A stretch of DNA of 63,281 nt, filler included, from Actinomycetota bacterium (GTDB taxonomy: Bacteria; Actinomycetota; Acidimicrobiia; IMCC26256; VFJJ01), in the NCBI GenBank assembly GCA_009886115.1. It is 4 parts of 4 records of this genome, joined end to end, with 100 filler letters (N's around TTAATTAATTAA, not from the genome) between each part and the next. Parts side by side here need not be neighbours in the genome. Positions count along the whole stretch, not along the records: positions 25,201 to 36,763 come from VFJJ01000055.1; positions 36,864 to 56,191 come from VFJJ01000104.1; 2 more parts are not named here. The stretch is one strand, 5' to 3'. The notes under the pieces are model-generated. The model was not told the origin of the DNA. It did not search any database and was given only the letters and a program-made list of their open reading frames with translations. Below are positions 29,174 through 39,923 of this stretch, in pieces (the stretch's first letter is position 1; every line of letters starts with the position of its first letter). A program made the translations under genes and the position numbers.

Positions 29174-31369
29174 TCACACCCCGCCGCTCGGCGCCTTGGC
29201 GATCTCAGCGAGGAACTCGTCATTCGAGCGGAAGGTCTTGAGCCGGTCGATGAGCATTTCGAGGCCGGCGCCGCCCCCGCCTTCGGCCAGAGCGCCCAGA
29301 ACACGGCGAAGCTTCCACACCTGCTGGAGCTGCTTGCGTTCGAAGAGCAGCTCCTCGTGGCGCGTGCTCGAGGCATCGACGTCGATCGCCGGGTAGATCC
29401 GACGCTCGGCCATCCGTCGGTCGAGCCGCAGCTCCATGTTCCCAGTGCCCTTGAACTCCTCGAAGATCACCTCGTCCATGCGCGATCCGGTCTCGACGAG
29501 CGCGGTGGCCAAGATGGTGAGCGAGCCGCCTTCTTCGATGTTGCGCGCCGCACCGAAGAACTTCTTCGGCGGGTAGAGCGCGCCGGAGTCGACCCCGCCC
29601 GACATGACCCGACCTGTGGCCGGAGCACCCAGGTTGTAGGCCCGAGCGAGACGGGTGATGCCGTCGAGGACGATGACCACGTCGCGACCCAGCTCGACGA
29701 GACGCTTGGCCCGCTCGATGGTGAGCTCGGCCACTTGGATGTGCTCCTCGGCCGGCCGGTCGAAGGTGGAGGCAACGACCTCGCCCTTGATGACGTGCCG
29801 GCGCATGTCGGTGACCTCTTCGGGCCGCTCGTCGACGAGCACGACCATGAGGTGGACCTCGGGGTTGTTGCGCTCGATCGCGTGCACGATCTGCTTCATG
29901 ATCGTGGTCTTGCCCGCCTTGGGGGGCGACACGATCAGCCCGCGCTGACCCTTGCCGATCGGGGAGATGAGGTCGATGATCCGCCCGGTCATGTTGTCGG
30001 GCTCGCCGGGACGCTCGAGCTTCAACCTCGTGTCGGGGAACAGCGGCGTGAGGTTCTCGAACTCGGGGCGGCCCCGTGACTCCTCGGGGCTCATGTCGTT
30101 GATGCGGTCGACCCGAAGCAGGGCCGGGTACTTCTCGTTGCTCGACGGCGGGCGCGTCGCGCCATGGACGTAGTCGCCCTTGCGCAGCCCGAAGCGGCGA
30201 ACCTGCGACGCCGAGACGTACACGTCGCGCTTGGACGGCAGCACGCCGCTGGTGCGCAAGAAGCCGTATCCCTCGTCGCGGATCTCGAGGATCCCCGAGA
30301 CCTCGATGACCTCTGCCGGCTCGGCATCGCGCTCACGAGGCTGGAACTCCGGGCGATCGGCCCGTTCGGCCGCGATCGGCCGATCGGCTCCCTCCGGGCG
30401 ATCGGGACGGTCGCCGACCCGGTCGTCGCGGTCGCGGCCACGGCGGCGGCGGCGACGACGGCCTTCGCGGGTGGCGTCGTCCCACTCGCGGCGGGGCCCG
30501 CCGTCGGCACCCGTCCCGTCGCCGGGACCCTCGTCGTCGCTGGCGCCTTCGTCGTCGTCGCCGTCGTCGCTGCGATCGTCGTCGTTGTCGACGCTGCTCG
30601 AGCCCGGGGTCGGCGTTGCTGCGGGGGCGAGACGGGCGTCGATCGAGTCGCGTGGAGCACCCGCAGCGTCTGGGCCGTCGTGGTCGGCCACGGTCCGCTC
30701 GGCCGCGGCCGTGGGGGCGGGGCGCGCCGACCGGCTCCGGTCGATGACAGGCTCGGCGGTCGGAGCCGAATCCTGGGCGTCCATCGAGCCGTTGCTCGAT
30801 GAACCATCACCTGACGGGGAGGTGACGGGTGGGGTCGGGAGGGGGGCGAAACGGTACTTGCTCGCCGAGTCGGTCGCACCCATGGCCGGGGCCGGTGCTG
30901 ATGCCGACGGCCACACAGCGGCGTGACCGTCGACCGCTGCAGGGGCGGGGATCGATTCGGCGTCGACCTCGGGCACCGTCCCGAAGAGGTCGGGGGCCTC
31001 GGTCATGGGCCCGGCAGCCGGGTCGGCGTCCTTCTTGACCCGAGTCGTGGCTCGAGCCCGCTTGGGCTTGGGCTCCGGGACGGTCCCGCCGTCAGACAGC
31101 CCCGCGTCGGACAGCGAAGCATCCGGCGGAACAGCATCCGGCGGTGCAGCGAACGCTGTCGGCGCACCGGAGACGGCCATCGCCACGAGCGTCGGCACCG
31201 AGCCCGACGTCTCGCCGTTGCCCGGACGCGGGGCGTCGACGATGGCCGAGATGATGTCGGCCTTCTTCGTTCTCGACGGCACCTTCAGCCCGAGGGCGCT
31301 GGCGATCGTGAACAGCTCCTCGCGCTCTTTCGATTCGAGAACGGAGCGCTCGAAACCCTGCTGATCCAC
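29174..31369 (-). CDS. rho: Transcription termination factor Rho with long N-terminal insertion
   Basis: [44 protein letters not shown]. Confidence 0.98.
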   Translation of the reverse strand: MDQQGFERSVLESKEREELFTIASALGLKVPSRTKKADIISAIVDAPRPGNGETSGSVPTLVAMAVSGAPTAFAAPPDAVPPDASLSDAGLSDGGTVPEPKPKRARATTRVKKDADPAAGPMTEAPDLFGTVPEVDAESIPAPAAVDGHAAVWPSASAPAPAMGATDSASKYRFAPLPTPPVTSPSGDGSSSNGSMDAQDSAPTAEPVIDRSRSARPAPTAAAERTVADHDGPDAAGAPRDSIDARLAPAATPTPGSSSVDNDDDRSDDGDDDEGASDDEGPGDGTGADGGPRREWDDATREGRRRRRRRGRDRDDRVGDRPDRPEGADRPIAAERADRPEFQPRERDAEPAEVIEVSGILEIRDEGYGFLRTSGVLPSKRDVYVSASQVRRFGLRKGDYVHGATRPPSSNEKYPALLRVDRINDMSPEESRGRPEFENLTPLFPDTRLKLERPGEPDNMTGRIIDLISPIGKGQRGLIVSPPKAGKTTIMKQIVHAIERNNPEVHLMVVLVDERPEEVTDMRRHVIKGEVVASTFDRPAEEHIQVAELTIERAKRLVELGRDVVIVLDGITRLARAYNLGAPATGRVMSGGVDSGALYPPKKFFGAARNIEEGGSLTILATALVETGSRMDEVIFEEFKGTGNMELRLDRRMAERRIYPAIDVDASSTRHEELLFERKQLQQVWKLRRVLGALAEGGGGAGLEMLIDRLKTFRSNDEFLAEIAKAPSGGV

Positions 31370-31702
31370 TGATTCTCCTTGATGGGAAACACGATCGTCC
31401 CCGCCAGCCCCGATCCGGCCTGCGCCCGTCCCGCCGACGGAAAGTGTCGGCGGATGATGCCGGGTGCTCGCCGAGTCGCCAAGAGGCCGGGAACCCGGAA
31501 GAGCAAGGATCGAGGAGCAACGGCTGGCTCGGGGGCTGACGACCGGGGGCGTTGCAGACCTCTGAGCGATCTCAGAAGCGAACGGCGACCGGCATCCCGG
31601 GAGCCAGTCCGCGAGAAGCCGGAACTCTCGAGAAGAAGAGTGGGCCGGCGACCCAGGGACGACACCACGCCCGCGAACGCGAGCGGCTCATACATCAGTG
31701 TA
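31370..31702 (-). promoter_or_regulatory. Putative rho promoter (-10 TACACT) and long 5' leader
   Basis: TACACT at 31702-31697; about 320 nt to GTG; AAGGAG Shine-Dalgarno; C/T-rich tracts. Confidence 0.55.
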
Positions 31703-31799
31703 CCCCCCGCGCGCGACCCGTCACAACCATCGACGCCGGACCCCGATCTCGGGCCGCCCGCTCGCGCGTTCAGGGCGAGGGTCTGGAGTGGAGGGCCGC

Positions 31800-33017
31800 T
31801 CAGCCCGCCACGGCCACGAGTCGAGCCATCAGCCCGTGCGCGGCCACCGGCACGCAGTGGGCCGTCGCCGACTCGGTGTAGACGCCGCCGGCGGTGTCGA
31901 TCTCGGAATCGTAGAGGAGATACGGGACGGCATCGGCGGTGTGGGTGCGCAGCCGGCAGGGTGTCGCGTGGTCGGGGAGAAGCAGGATCCGATGCGGGCC
32001 CATGGCCTCGAGGGCCTCGAGCAACGGCCCGATCACGAGACGGTCCCAGTTCTCGAGCGACTCGGTCTTGATGTCGGCCCGTCCGGCGTGGCCGGCCTCG
32101 TCGGTGGCCTCGATGTGGATGAGGAAGAAATCGCGATCGGCGAGCGACGCGATGCACGCGTCGCGTTCGGCGACGTAGCTCGTGTCCCACAAGGCCGTGA
32201 CGCCCTCGGCTTCGACCGGATCGAGCCCGGTGAGCACACCGAGGCCGCGAACGAGGTCGACCGCGGTCACGAGCCGACCGTGCACGCCGAACGTGTCGAA
32301 GAAGCTCGGCAGGGCCGGGCGGGCACCCTGACCCCACAGCCAGATCTGCGTCGCCTGCGCTCCGACCTCGGCCGCGACCCGGGCGACGACGGCCTTCGAC
32401 GCCTCCATGAGCTCCTGAAGCCACGCTGCCGCCACACCCGTGGGAAGGGCCGCAGGCTGGTCGGTGATGTCGTGCGGCGGTACGCAGTCGGCCTCGGCGC
32501 GGCTGCGGGGCACCACACAGACGTGGCGGTACTCGACCCCGGCGTGGAAGCGCACCCCGTCGCGCCGGCCGCGCTCGGAGCCCGAACCGAGCTCGGCGTC
32601 GAGCGCATCGATGATCGCGCGGGCCTGCTCGCTCGTGATGTGGCCGGCCGAGAAGTCGACCATGGTCGGCGGGACGGCGCTGTCGTCGACGGTCACCAGG
32701 TTGCACCGGTACGCCACCTCGTGATCACCGATGTCGACGCCCATGGCGGCAGCCTCGATGGGGGCCCGACCGGTGTGGTAGATGGCCGGGTCGAAGCCGA
32801 GGATCGCCATGTTGCCGACGTCGCTCCCCGGTGGCAGCCCCGGCGGGATCACGTGTGCTCGTCCGACCTCGGACCGGGCCGCGATGCGGGCCAGGTTCGG
32901 CATGTGGGCGGCTTCGAGAGGGGTACGGCCGCCGAGCTCGTCGACCGGCTCGTCGGCGCAGCCGTCGGGAACGAGGACGACGTACTTGCGGCGAGGGCTC
33001 GACATGGGACTCGACAT
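31800..33017 (-). CDS. apgM: ApgM-type cofactor-independent phosphoglycerate mutase family protein
   Basis: VPDGCADEP, GRTPLEAA, PGSDVGN, YRCNLV, HIEATDEAGH, PDHATP, RTHT. Confidence 0.88.
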   Translation of the reverse strand: MSSPMSSPRRKYVVLVPDGCADEPVDELGGRTPLEAAHMPNLARIAARSEVGRAHVIPPGLPPGSDVGNMAILGFDPAIYHTGRAPIEAAAMGVDIGDHEVAYRCNLVTVDDSAVPPTMVDFSAGHITSEQARAIIDALDAELGSGSERGRRDGVRFHAGVEYRHVCVVPRSRAEADCVPPHDITDQPAALPTGVAAAWLQELMEASKAVVARVAAEVGAQATQIWLWGQGARPALPSFFDTFGVHGRLVTAVDLVRGLGVLTGLDPVEAEGVTALWDTSYVAERDACIASLADRDFFLIHIEATDEAGHAGRADIKTESLENWDRLVIGPLLEALEAMGPHRILLLPDHATPCRLRTHTADAVPYLLYDSEIDTAGGVYTESATAHCVPVAAHGLMARLVAVAG

Positions 33018-33220
33018 GGGGCGCCATCGTAGAGGGCAGCCCCCGCCCGGCCGGCCGTCGAGCGGGCGCGCTGTCGGCTCGACGGTTCCCCGCATTCATG
33101 TTCCGGCAAGCGTCGCGACAACTGAGGGCCACCGTGCTCGATCATCCTTGAACCCGGCGAGCACAGGTACGGCGGCGCGTGGCGCCTGAGCGCGATCGGT
33201 CGCAAACCAAGGGGGGACAC

Positions 33221-35329
33221 GTGCGGGTCCGGATGGGGCTGCTGATCGGTGTGGCGGTCATTCCTCTCGTCGGGCTCACCGGCGTCTCCGGAGTCGGCGC
33301 GACCGATCCCTGGACCGCCCCGCACGTCGAGCAGATCATCTCCGGGCCGTCTCGCCCCGGCGTGGCGGCGTGGGGCGTCGCCTACAACCCTGTGAGCGGC
33401 GAGATCATCGTGGGCGACTACGCGTCGGCGCAGGTCCGCAGGTTCTCGATCGGCGGCGTCCACCTGGGCGATTTCACGAACCCCAACGGGTCGACGCAGG
33501 GCGTGGCCTCCGCGGTCGCCGTCGATGCACGGGACGGATCGGTCTACGTGGCTCAGGTCGGCGACGGTCGCATATCGCGCGACGTTCGCAAGTACGACGT
33601 CGCGGGGAGCTTCCTCTACGACTTCGACGTGCCCGGGTCGGTCGCATGGCTCACGGTGCAGGACGACGGCGACCTGTGGACGGCCGAGCCGTTCGCCGGG
33701 GCCAAGATCCACGAGCTGCGGGTCTCCGACGCCACCCGCCTCGCCACCATCGTGCGCACGGTGGCGACACCCGGGACCGCACCTGGTCGCTTCAAGCAAC
33801 TCACGGGCATCGACGTCGACGCGGCTGGGAACGTCTATGTGGCCGACACCGGCAATGGAACCGTCCACGTGCTCGGACCCACCGGCACGTGGCTCGACGA
33901 CGTCGGGAACCGATCGAGGTTCCCTGGCGACCTCCGGGGCGTCGTCGTCGACGATGCAGCCGGTCGGCTGTACGTGGCCGACGCCCACTCCGGCGAGATC
34001 GAGGTCTTCACCCTCTCGGGTGCACCCGTCGCGACGTTCGGGAGCCTCGGTGAAGCGCCCGGGCAGTTCGTCGACGGCGCCCGCCAGCTGGCGGTGCTTC
34101 CCGGTGGCGATCTGCTCGCGGCCGACTACGGAGCCCGTCGTGTGCAGCGCTTCACACCGGATGGGGGCTCCGTGTCGCAGTTCCCCGACCCGCCTCAGCC
34201 GGCCGCTCCCGACGGTCTGGCCCTGCCCCGGGGGATCGCCGTCGACCCGGCCACCGGCGACGTGCTCGTGGCCGACGCCTGGAACCAGCGCATCCAGCGA
34301 TTCGCGCCCGACGGGACGCTGCTCGCCGTGCACGGCCGCCGGGGCTCACTCCCACCCGATGGGATGAACTACCCGCGTTCCATCGCGGTCGACCCCGCCA
34401 CAGGCCACGTCTGGGTGCCCAACTACGAGGGCAACCCCGATCTCGTCGTCTACGACCGGGATTTCCGGTTCCTGCGCCGGATCGACGTTCCGCGCTTCGT
34501 CAGCGACATCGACATCGTCGGTGGCGTCGCTCATCTCGTCGTGCGCCGGACGGGAAGCGTCATGCGTATCGACACCGTGACCGGTACGACCACCGGGACC
34601 TGCTGTACCGGCCTCGGTCTGCTGCGAGGGATCGCCGTCGACCCGGTGAACGGTGACTACTGGCTGACCTCCGACACCCAGCCTCGGGTGCTCGTGGTAC
34701 GCCAGGACGGCACGCTGGTCCGACAGGTGAGCGTGGACGGCCGGGGCTGGGGCGTGACGATCGTTGGTGAGGTCGTGTACGTCGCCGACGCGTCGGCCAA
34801 CCGGGTGCTCGCCTTCGACCGTCTCACCGGTGCTCGGCTCGGCAGCTTCGGCACGGCCGGCTCGCTGCCGGGGCAACTCCGCGGACCGTCGGGCATCACC
34901 CACGACGCCGATGGTGACCTCTACGTGGTCGAGGAACGCGGGGGTCGGGTGCAGGTGTTCGGCCACGATCCGCTCCCGGCGCCCGAGACGGTCGCGCCAG
35001 GGCTCACCTGGACCGGACCCCTCCCCCTGACCGGAGCACCCCTGCCGCTCAGGCTCACCGGACGTGCGAACGATGCGAGCGGTGTGCTGCGGGTCGAGGT
35101 CCTCGTGCAGCACGTCGCTGCGGGCACCTCCTGGAACGCGACCTCGGCTCTGTGGAGTCCATCGGCCACATGGAACCAGGCCGTGATCTCAGGACCGGCC
35201 TCCGACGTGGCGTGGTCGTTCACCGTCGTCCCGGCCACCGCCGGCACCAGCTTCCTGGTCCGGGTCCGGGCCACCGACGTGCACGGCGTCCAACGAACCA
35301 TCGCTCGAACGGTGTCGACGACGGCCTGA
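33221..35329 (+). CDS. Secreted NHL-repeat (double beta-propeller) protein with C-terminal Ig-like domain
   Basis: Signal peptide; repeated PRGIAVDP..GDVLVADAWNQRIQRF-like units. Confidence 0.88.
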   Translation: MRVRMGLLIGVAVIPLVGLTGVSGVGATDPWTAPHVEQIISGPSRPGVAAWGVAYNPVSGEIIVGDYASAQVRRFSIGGVHLGDFTNPNGSTQGVASAVAVDARDGSVYVAQVGDGRISRDVRKYDVAGSFLYDFDVPGSVAWLTVQDDGDLWTAEPFAGAKIHELRVSDATRLATIVRTVATPGTAPGRFKQLTGIDVDAAGNVYVADTGNGTVHVLGPTGTWLDDVGNRSRFPGDLRGVVVDDAAGRLYVADAHSGEIEVFTLSGAPVATFGSLGEAPGQFVDGARQLAVLPGGDLLAADYGARRVQRFTPDGGSVSQFPDPPQPAAPDGLALPRGIAVDPATGDVLVADAWNQRIQRFAPDGTLLAVHGRRGSLPPDGMNYPRSIAVDPATGHVWVPNYEGNPDLVVYDRDFRFLRRIDVPRFVSDIDIVGGVAHLVVRRTGSVMRIDTVTGTTTGTCCTGLGLLRGIAVDPVNGDYWLTSDTQPRVLVVRQDGTLVRQVSVDGRGWGVTIVGEVVYVADASANRVLAFDRLTGARLGSFGTAGSLPGQLRGPSGITHDADGDLYVVEERGGRVQVFGHDPLPAPETVAPGLTWTGPLPLTGAPLPLRLTGRANDASGVLRVEVLVQHVAAGTSWNATSALWSPSATWNQAVISGPASDVAWSFTVVPATAGTSFLVRVRATDVHGVQRTIARTVSTTA

Positions 35330-35429
35330 TCGCATCGATGTCGGGGCACGACGCAGTCCCGGAGTTGCCCTACGATCGGGAGCGCGGCGAGGCCTCGAAC
35401 GCCCAGCGCAGTCGACGACAGGTCGAGAC

Positions 35430-35888
35430 GTGCCCAGGTTGCTGATCGTGCATCACACACCGTCTCCGTCCGTCCACTCGATGCTCACCGCGGTGATCGA
35501 CGGCGCCCGCGATCCGCTCCTGGCCGAGGTCGAGGTGGTGGTTCGGCCGGCGCTGGCGGCGAGCACCGCCGACGTGCTCGAGGCCGACGGATACCTGCTC
35601 GGGACCCCGGCGAACCTGGGCTACATGTCGGGGGCGCTCAAGCATTTCTTCGATCTGATCTACTACCCGTGTCTCGAGGCCACGGTCCGACGACCGTACG
35701 GGTACTTCGTGCACGGCAACAACGACACCGCCGGCGCCGCGACCGCCATCGAGAAGATCGCCACAGGCCTACGCTGGCAGATGTTCCAAGCCCCGGTGCT
35801 GGTCGTCGGCGAACCCGACGGTCGGGCTCTGGCGGCGTGCGTCGAGCTCGGCGCGGCCATGGCTGCGGGGCTCGTGCCTTCGGGGTGA
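35430..35888 (+). CDS. Flavodoxin/WrbA-like protein
   Basis: LLIVHHTPSP, GTPANLGYMSGALKHFFD, VHGNND. Confidence 0.88.
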   Translation: MPRLLIVHHTPSPSVHSMLTAVIDGARDPLLAEVEVVVRPALAASTADVLEADGYLLGTPANLGYMSGALKHFFDLIYYPCLEATVRRPYGYFVHGNNDTAGAATAIEKIATGLRWQMFQAPVLVVGEPDGRALAACVELGAAMAAGLVPSG

Positions 35889-35976
35889 GGCTGGAGACGG
35901 CCGTCCTCGGCGAGTGCCGGCCCCTCGATCGCGGGCGCGACCGAGGGCACCGGAGCCCGCACCTAGATTGGTCGGG

Positions 35977-36763
35977 GTGCCCACCTTTCGATCCGTCGCC
36001 CATCTCGTGCATCTCATCAGCGGTCTGACACTCGTGGCTGTGCTCGCCGCGTCCTGCGGCGACGACGGGGATGGCTCGGGCGACGCGGCCGCGCCGCCGA
36101 CCACATCGAGCGCCGAATCGGCTGACGAATCGACGGCCGAATCGGCTGACGAATCGGCTGACGAATCGACGAGCACCGCCCCGGCAACGGCGGTCGCCAC
36201 GACCAGCTCGGCTCCCGTCCCGGCAACGCCTTCACCCCCCGCCCCGGCGCCGGCGTCGACGGGCGCACCAGCCACGACCGCCCTGTCGGCGACCGGCACC
36301 GCCACGACCATGGCCGTCCCCGCCGCGCCTCCGGCGCCGATCGGCTCGGTCGCGCTGCGCCTCACCGAGATCGCCCGTCTCGAGGACCCCACGGCGTTCG
36401 CTCCCCACCCCGTCTCCGGCGTCGCCACGATCACCGAACGCGCCGGACGAGTGATGCAGGTCACCGACGCCGGCGAGGTCACCGTGGTCCTCGACCTGCG
36501 CGACCGGGTCGGCTCCGGATCTGGCGAGCAGGGGCTGCTCGGGCTCGCCTACTCCCCCGACGGCGCCCGTCTGTACCTCGACTACACCGATCGCTCGGGC
36601 GATACCCGGGTCGTCGAGTTCATGCTGACGAACGCCTCCACGGCCGATCCGGCCAGCGAGCGCGAGGTCCTGTTCGTCGACCAGCCCTTCGCCAACCACA
36701 ACGGCGGCCAACTCGCCTTCGGACCCGACGGGATGCTCCACATCGCACTGGGCGACGGCGGAT
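35977..36763 (+). CDS. PQQ-dependent sugar dehydrogenase (GSDH family) lipoprotein, truncated by gap
   Basis: Lipobox LAASC; GEQGLLGLAYSP, QPFANHNGGQLAFGPDGML; TAGATT 7 nt before GTG. Confidence 0.88.
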
Positions 36764-36863
36764 NNNNNNNNNNNNNNNNNNNNNNNNNNNNNNNNNNNNN
36801 NNNNNNNTTAATTAATTAANNNNNNNNNNNNNNNNNNNNNNNNNNNNNNNNNNNNNNNNNNNN
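36764..36863. other. Artificial contig linker
   Basis: N-run with TTAATTAATTAA. Confidence 0.98.
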
Positions 36864-36924
36864 CCCCGGTCACCAGCACCAGGGCCAGGGCCAGAGCCGC
36901 CGTCGTCATCCTTCTCTGCTGCAT
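36864..36924 (-). CDS. Start of a secreted protein or lipoprotein, truncated by gap
   Basis: MQQRRMTTAALALALVLVTG signal peptide; GAGGGAG upstream. Confidence 0.55.
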
Positions 36925-37261
36925 CAAGATCGCTCCCTCGTCGATGGATTCCCCGGTCGGTCGATTGCGGGCGTTCGTCACCCACTGCAACCGACGCACC
37001 ACGAGCATCCGCGGGTGACAACCATCTGGCGAGGGCGCCACCCCTCCGATACGAGGGATGCCAGCCGAACCTGGCGCTGGGTGGCTGCGCCCGGTACCTG
37101 TGGTCCTGACGATGCGGCGTGCTGCGCCTCCTCTGGGCCGAGGGCGGCGATCCGGGCCTGGGCCTGAGCCGGCAACGAGCGAAGTACGTCGTCTTGGCCC
37201 CACTTCGACCCTGGGGGCTGCACCCTCGCCCCGATCGACGCGGCGTGGTCTGACCCACACC

Positions 37262-37744
37262 ATGCACGCACCACAACGGCCGGCCGGCCCTGTCGGTCTG
37301 CTCGTCCGCTCCGAGCTCCGGCGCCGGTGGCCGACGTTCGTGGTCGTCGGGGTCCTCTTCGGCCTCGTCGTCGGGATCGGTCTCGGGTGCCTCGCCTGAG
37401 CGCGGCGGACGGCGTCGCTGTTCGATCGACACCTGCAGGCATCCTCGGCCTCGCATGTCGAGATCGACCCGGGCACACCCACCGCCGCCGTCGACCGGGC
37501 GATCCGGGCGCTCCCGCACGAGGTCGAGGCCTCGTACTGGACGACCATCTCGGCCTATCCACTGAAACCCGACGGGACACTCGACGAGTCGCTCATCGGG
37601 ATCCTGAGCTTCACGGCCGGCGGACGCTACCTCGACATGGATCGCGTCGCGGTGGCCTCGGGTCGGCGGCTCGATCCCGCCCGCGCCGATGAGGTCATGG
37701 TCAACGAGGTGCGGGCCGGGTTCACCGGCACCCAAACACCATGA
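37262..37744 (+). pseudogene. FtsX/MacB-like permease remnant (internal TGA at 37397-37399, truncated)
   Basis: LLVRSELRRRW...GLGCLA*ARRTASLF...GRRLDPARADEVMVNE parallels the N-terminus of the permease at 39920..42328. Confidence 0.8.
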
Positions 37745-37832
37745 CACCGGTGGTCGTCACGAGCACCGTGAGCAGCACGACGGTCGGCCATCCGCTCCTG
37801 AGGTCGGCTCCTCAGCCGGTACAGGACCGTCG

Positions 37833-39923
37833 TCACGACGTGACGTGTTGGGGCGTCACCGGCCCCGGCCCCGAGGACGCAGCGAGTGGGATCGAGCCGG
37901 CGACGCGGGTGCCGACGCCGGGCGCTGACGAGACGGTGAGGGACCCGTCGAACGCGCCGAGGCGGTCGGTCATGTTGACGAAGCCATGGCCGACCCGGCC
38001 CGCAGGAGCCGACGATGGGGAGGACGTGGCGGGCTCGAACCCGGCGCCGTCGTCGGAGACCTCGAAGCGCAACGCGGGACCGGCGTCCTCCCACAACCGC
38101 ACGCACGCGCGCGCCCCGGCCCCGGCGTGCTTGCCGGCGTTCTGGAGCGCCTCCAGGCAACAGAAGTAGACGGCGGCCTCGACCTCGCTCGGGTACCGGC
38201 CGATCCCGTCGAGCTCGACCGACGTGTCGAGCGCCGCCCGGGTCGCGGCAGCCGGGAGGGCCTCGGCCAGCCCGCCAATCATCAGCAGCGGGGGGAAGAT
38301 CCCGTGCGCCAGCGCTCGCAGCTCGGTGATCGAGTCCTGGAGGTCGGAGCGAAGCTCGTCGATCAACCCCATGGCATCGGCGGTGTCGCCATCCTCGATG
38401 GAGTCATGCGCCAGGCGCAGCTTGACAGCCATGGCCACCAGGTGTTGCTGGGCCCCGTCGTGCAGGTTGCGTTCGAGCTTGCGGCGCTCGGCGTCACCGG
38501 CGGCGACGATGCGGCTCCGTGAGTCACGCAGCTCGACGTTGCGGGCCTGGAGCTCCTCCAGGGAAGCCTGGAGCGCCGAGTCGAGCTGCACATTGTGCAG
38601 GGCCAGGCCGACCTGACGGGCCAGCTCGGTGAGCACCCGATCGCCCTCGTCGTCGAATGGCTCCCCGTCGGCCCGGCGTTCCAGCACGATCAGACCGAGC
38701 AGCTTGCCGGCGTGGGCGATCGGGGCCACCCGGACGGTCTGGGCGTCGCGACCCTCCAGCAGCGACGCCACCCAGATCTCGACCCAGGTCCCGCCCGAGA
38801 CCCCGGCCCGGGCCACCACGGGCAGCTCGCGCTCGCCGACGACCAGCGCCGGCGGGTTCCGGTGCGGGACGCCGGCGGCGAGCTCGTAGTGGCCGTCGCC
38901 CCCCGTCCAGATCTCCGCAGAACGCAGCAGCAGGCTCTTGCGCAACGACTCGACCAGCTGCAGCAGCAGCTCCTCCATGGGGATCGCCCGGGTGAGCCGC
39001 GAGCCGAACGTGCGGATCGTCTCGTCGGGCGCGACCCGCTCGCCGTAGACGAGCCGGTTCGCCTCGTCCTCGAGCCGGGAGCGGGCCCAGGGGTAGGCCA
39101 GCGCGATGACTCCCGCGGCGCACATCGACAACAGCAACATGCTCCGCTCGCTGTCGTCGGGACGGCGGCCCAGGCCGAGCAGCACGACCCCGTAGACCGC
39201 GACCACGAGCACCGTCAGCCCGGCCAGCGACACCGAGTGCGTGAGGAGACGGTCGACGCGGGCAGCCAGGCGGGGGCTGGTGCCGGCGACGAGCGCCGCC
39301 GCCACGAGCCCGCTCGCACCCACCGCGACCGTTTCCTCATGGTGGGGCCAGTCGGCGAGCAGGCTGAGCGCCACGGTCACGAGCACCGCCTCGGCGGCCA
39401 GCGCGATTCCCCACCCGACCCATTGGAGCCGTCGACGGTCGACGGCGTTCGAAGTCCGGTACCGGCCGTTGGCCGCAGGCAGCGCTATCGCGGCAAGTGC
39501 CACGGCCAGCAGAACGAACGGCCACCGGCGGATCGACGCCGATCCGTCGGCAGTGTCGGAGGCCGCGGCGATCGTCACCGCGCCCACGGCTGCGGCGATC
39601 AGGTACCCGGCCGCCGCCAGGCGGCGGTGCGCTCGGCTGACGAGCTTCCCGTCGGGCAGGGCCAGCAGCACGTGCATCGCCGCCGCGGTCATCAGCGCGC
39701 CGACCCCGCCGGCGCCGGCCAGCGCGACGTCCGCGGCCGAGCCCGTCGGCTCGCCAAGCTCGCGCCAGGCCTGGGTCGCCAACCCGATCCCGCCGAAGAG
39801 CGTCAGCACCACGATCACGCGCCCCATGGGCTCGGCAGGCCGGCGTCGCCAGAGCACGAGCCCGGCCGCCAGCCACGCGCCGGCGACCGCGATGCCTGCG
39901 ACGAGCGCGGAGGTCATCGTCAC
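37833..39923 (-). CDS. Membrane sensor histidine kinase (multi-TM, GAF-like, HisKA_3, HATPase)
   Basis: About 8-9 TM segments; ERRKLERNLHDGAQQ H-box; EALQNAGKHA; VSDDGAGF; GHGFVNMTDR. Confidence 0.95.
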   Translation of the reverse strand: MTMTSALVAGIAVAGAWLAAGLVLWRRRPAEPMGRVIVVLTLFGGIGLATQAWRELGEPTGSAADVALAGAGGVGALMTAAAMHVLLALPDGKLVSRAHRRLAAAGYLIAAAVGAVTIAAASDTADGSASIRRWPFVLLAVALAAIALPAANGRYRTSNAVDRRRLQWVGWGIALAAEAVLVTVALSLLADWPHHEETVAVGASGLVAAALVAGTSPRLAARVDRLLTHSVSLAGLTVLVVAVYGVVLLGLGRRPDDSERSMLLLSMCAAGVIALAYPWARSRLEDEANRLVYGERVAPDETIRTFGSRLTRAIPMEELLLQLVESLRKSLLLRSAEIWTGGDGHYELAAGVPHRNPPALVVGERELPVVARAGVSGGTWVEIWVASLLEGRDAQTVRVAPIAHAGKLLGLIVLERRADGEPFDDEGDRVLTELARQVGLALHNVQLDSALQASLEELQARNVELRDSRSRIVAAGDAERRKLERNLHDGAQQHLVAMAVKLRLAHDSIEDGDTADAMGLIDELRSDLQDSITELRALAHGIFPPLLMIGGLAEALPAAATRAALDTSVELDGIGRYPSEVEAAVYFCCLEALQNAGKHAGAGARACVRLWEDAGPALRFEVSDDGAGFEPATSSPSSAPAGRVGHGFVNMTDRLGAFDGSLTVSSAPGVGTRVAGSIPLAASSGPGPVTPQHVTS

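Noticed and set aside
29174..31369. Long low-complexity insertion in Rho as a novelty
   Set aside because: N-terminal insertions are a known feature of actinobacterial Rho.
31572..31691. Possible 39-aa uORF in the rho leader
   Set aside because: No biased codon run or coding signature; cannot be supported.
37397..37399. In-frame TGA as selenocysteine or programmed read-through
   Set aside because: It aligns to Gly, not Cys, and the gene is truncated downstream anyway.
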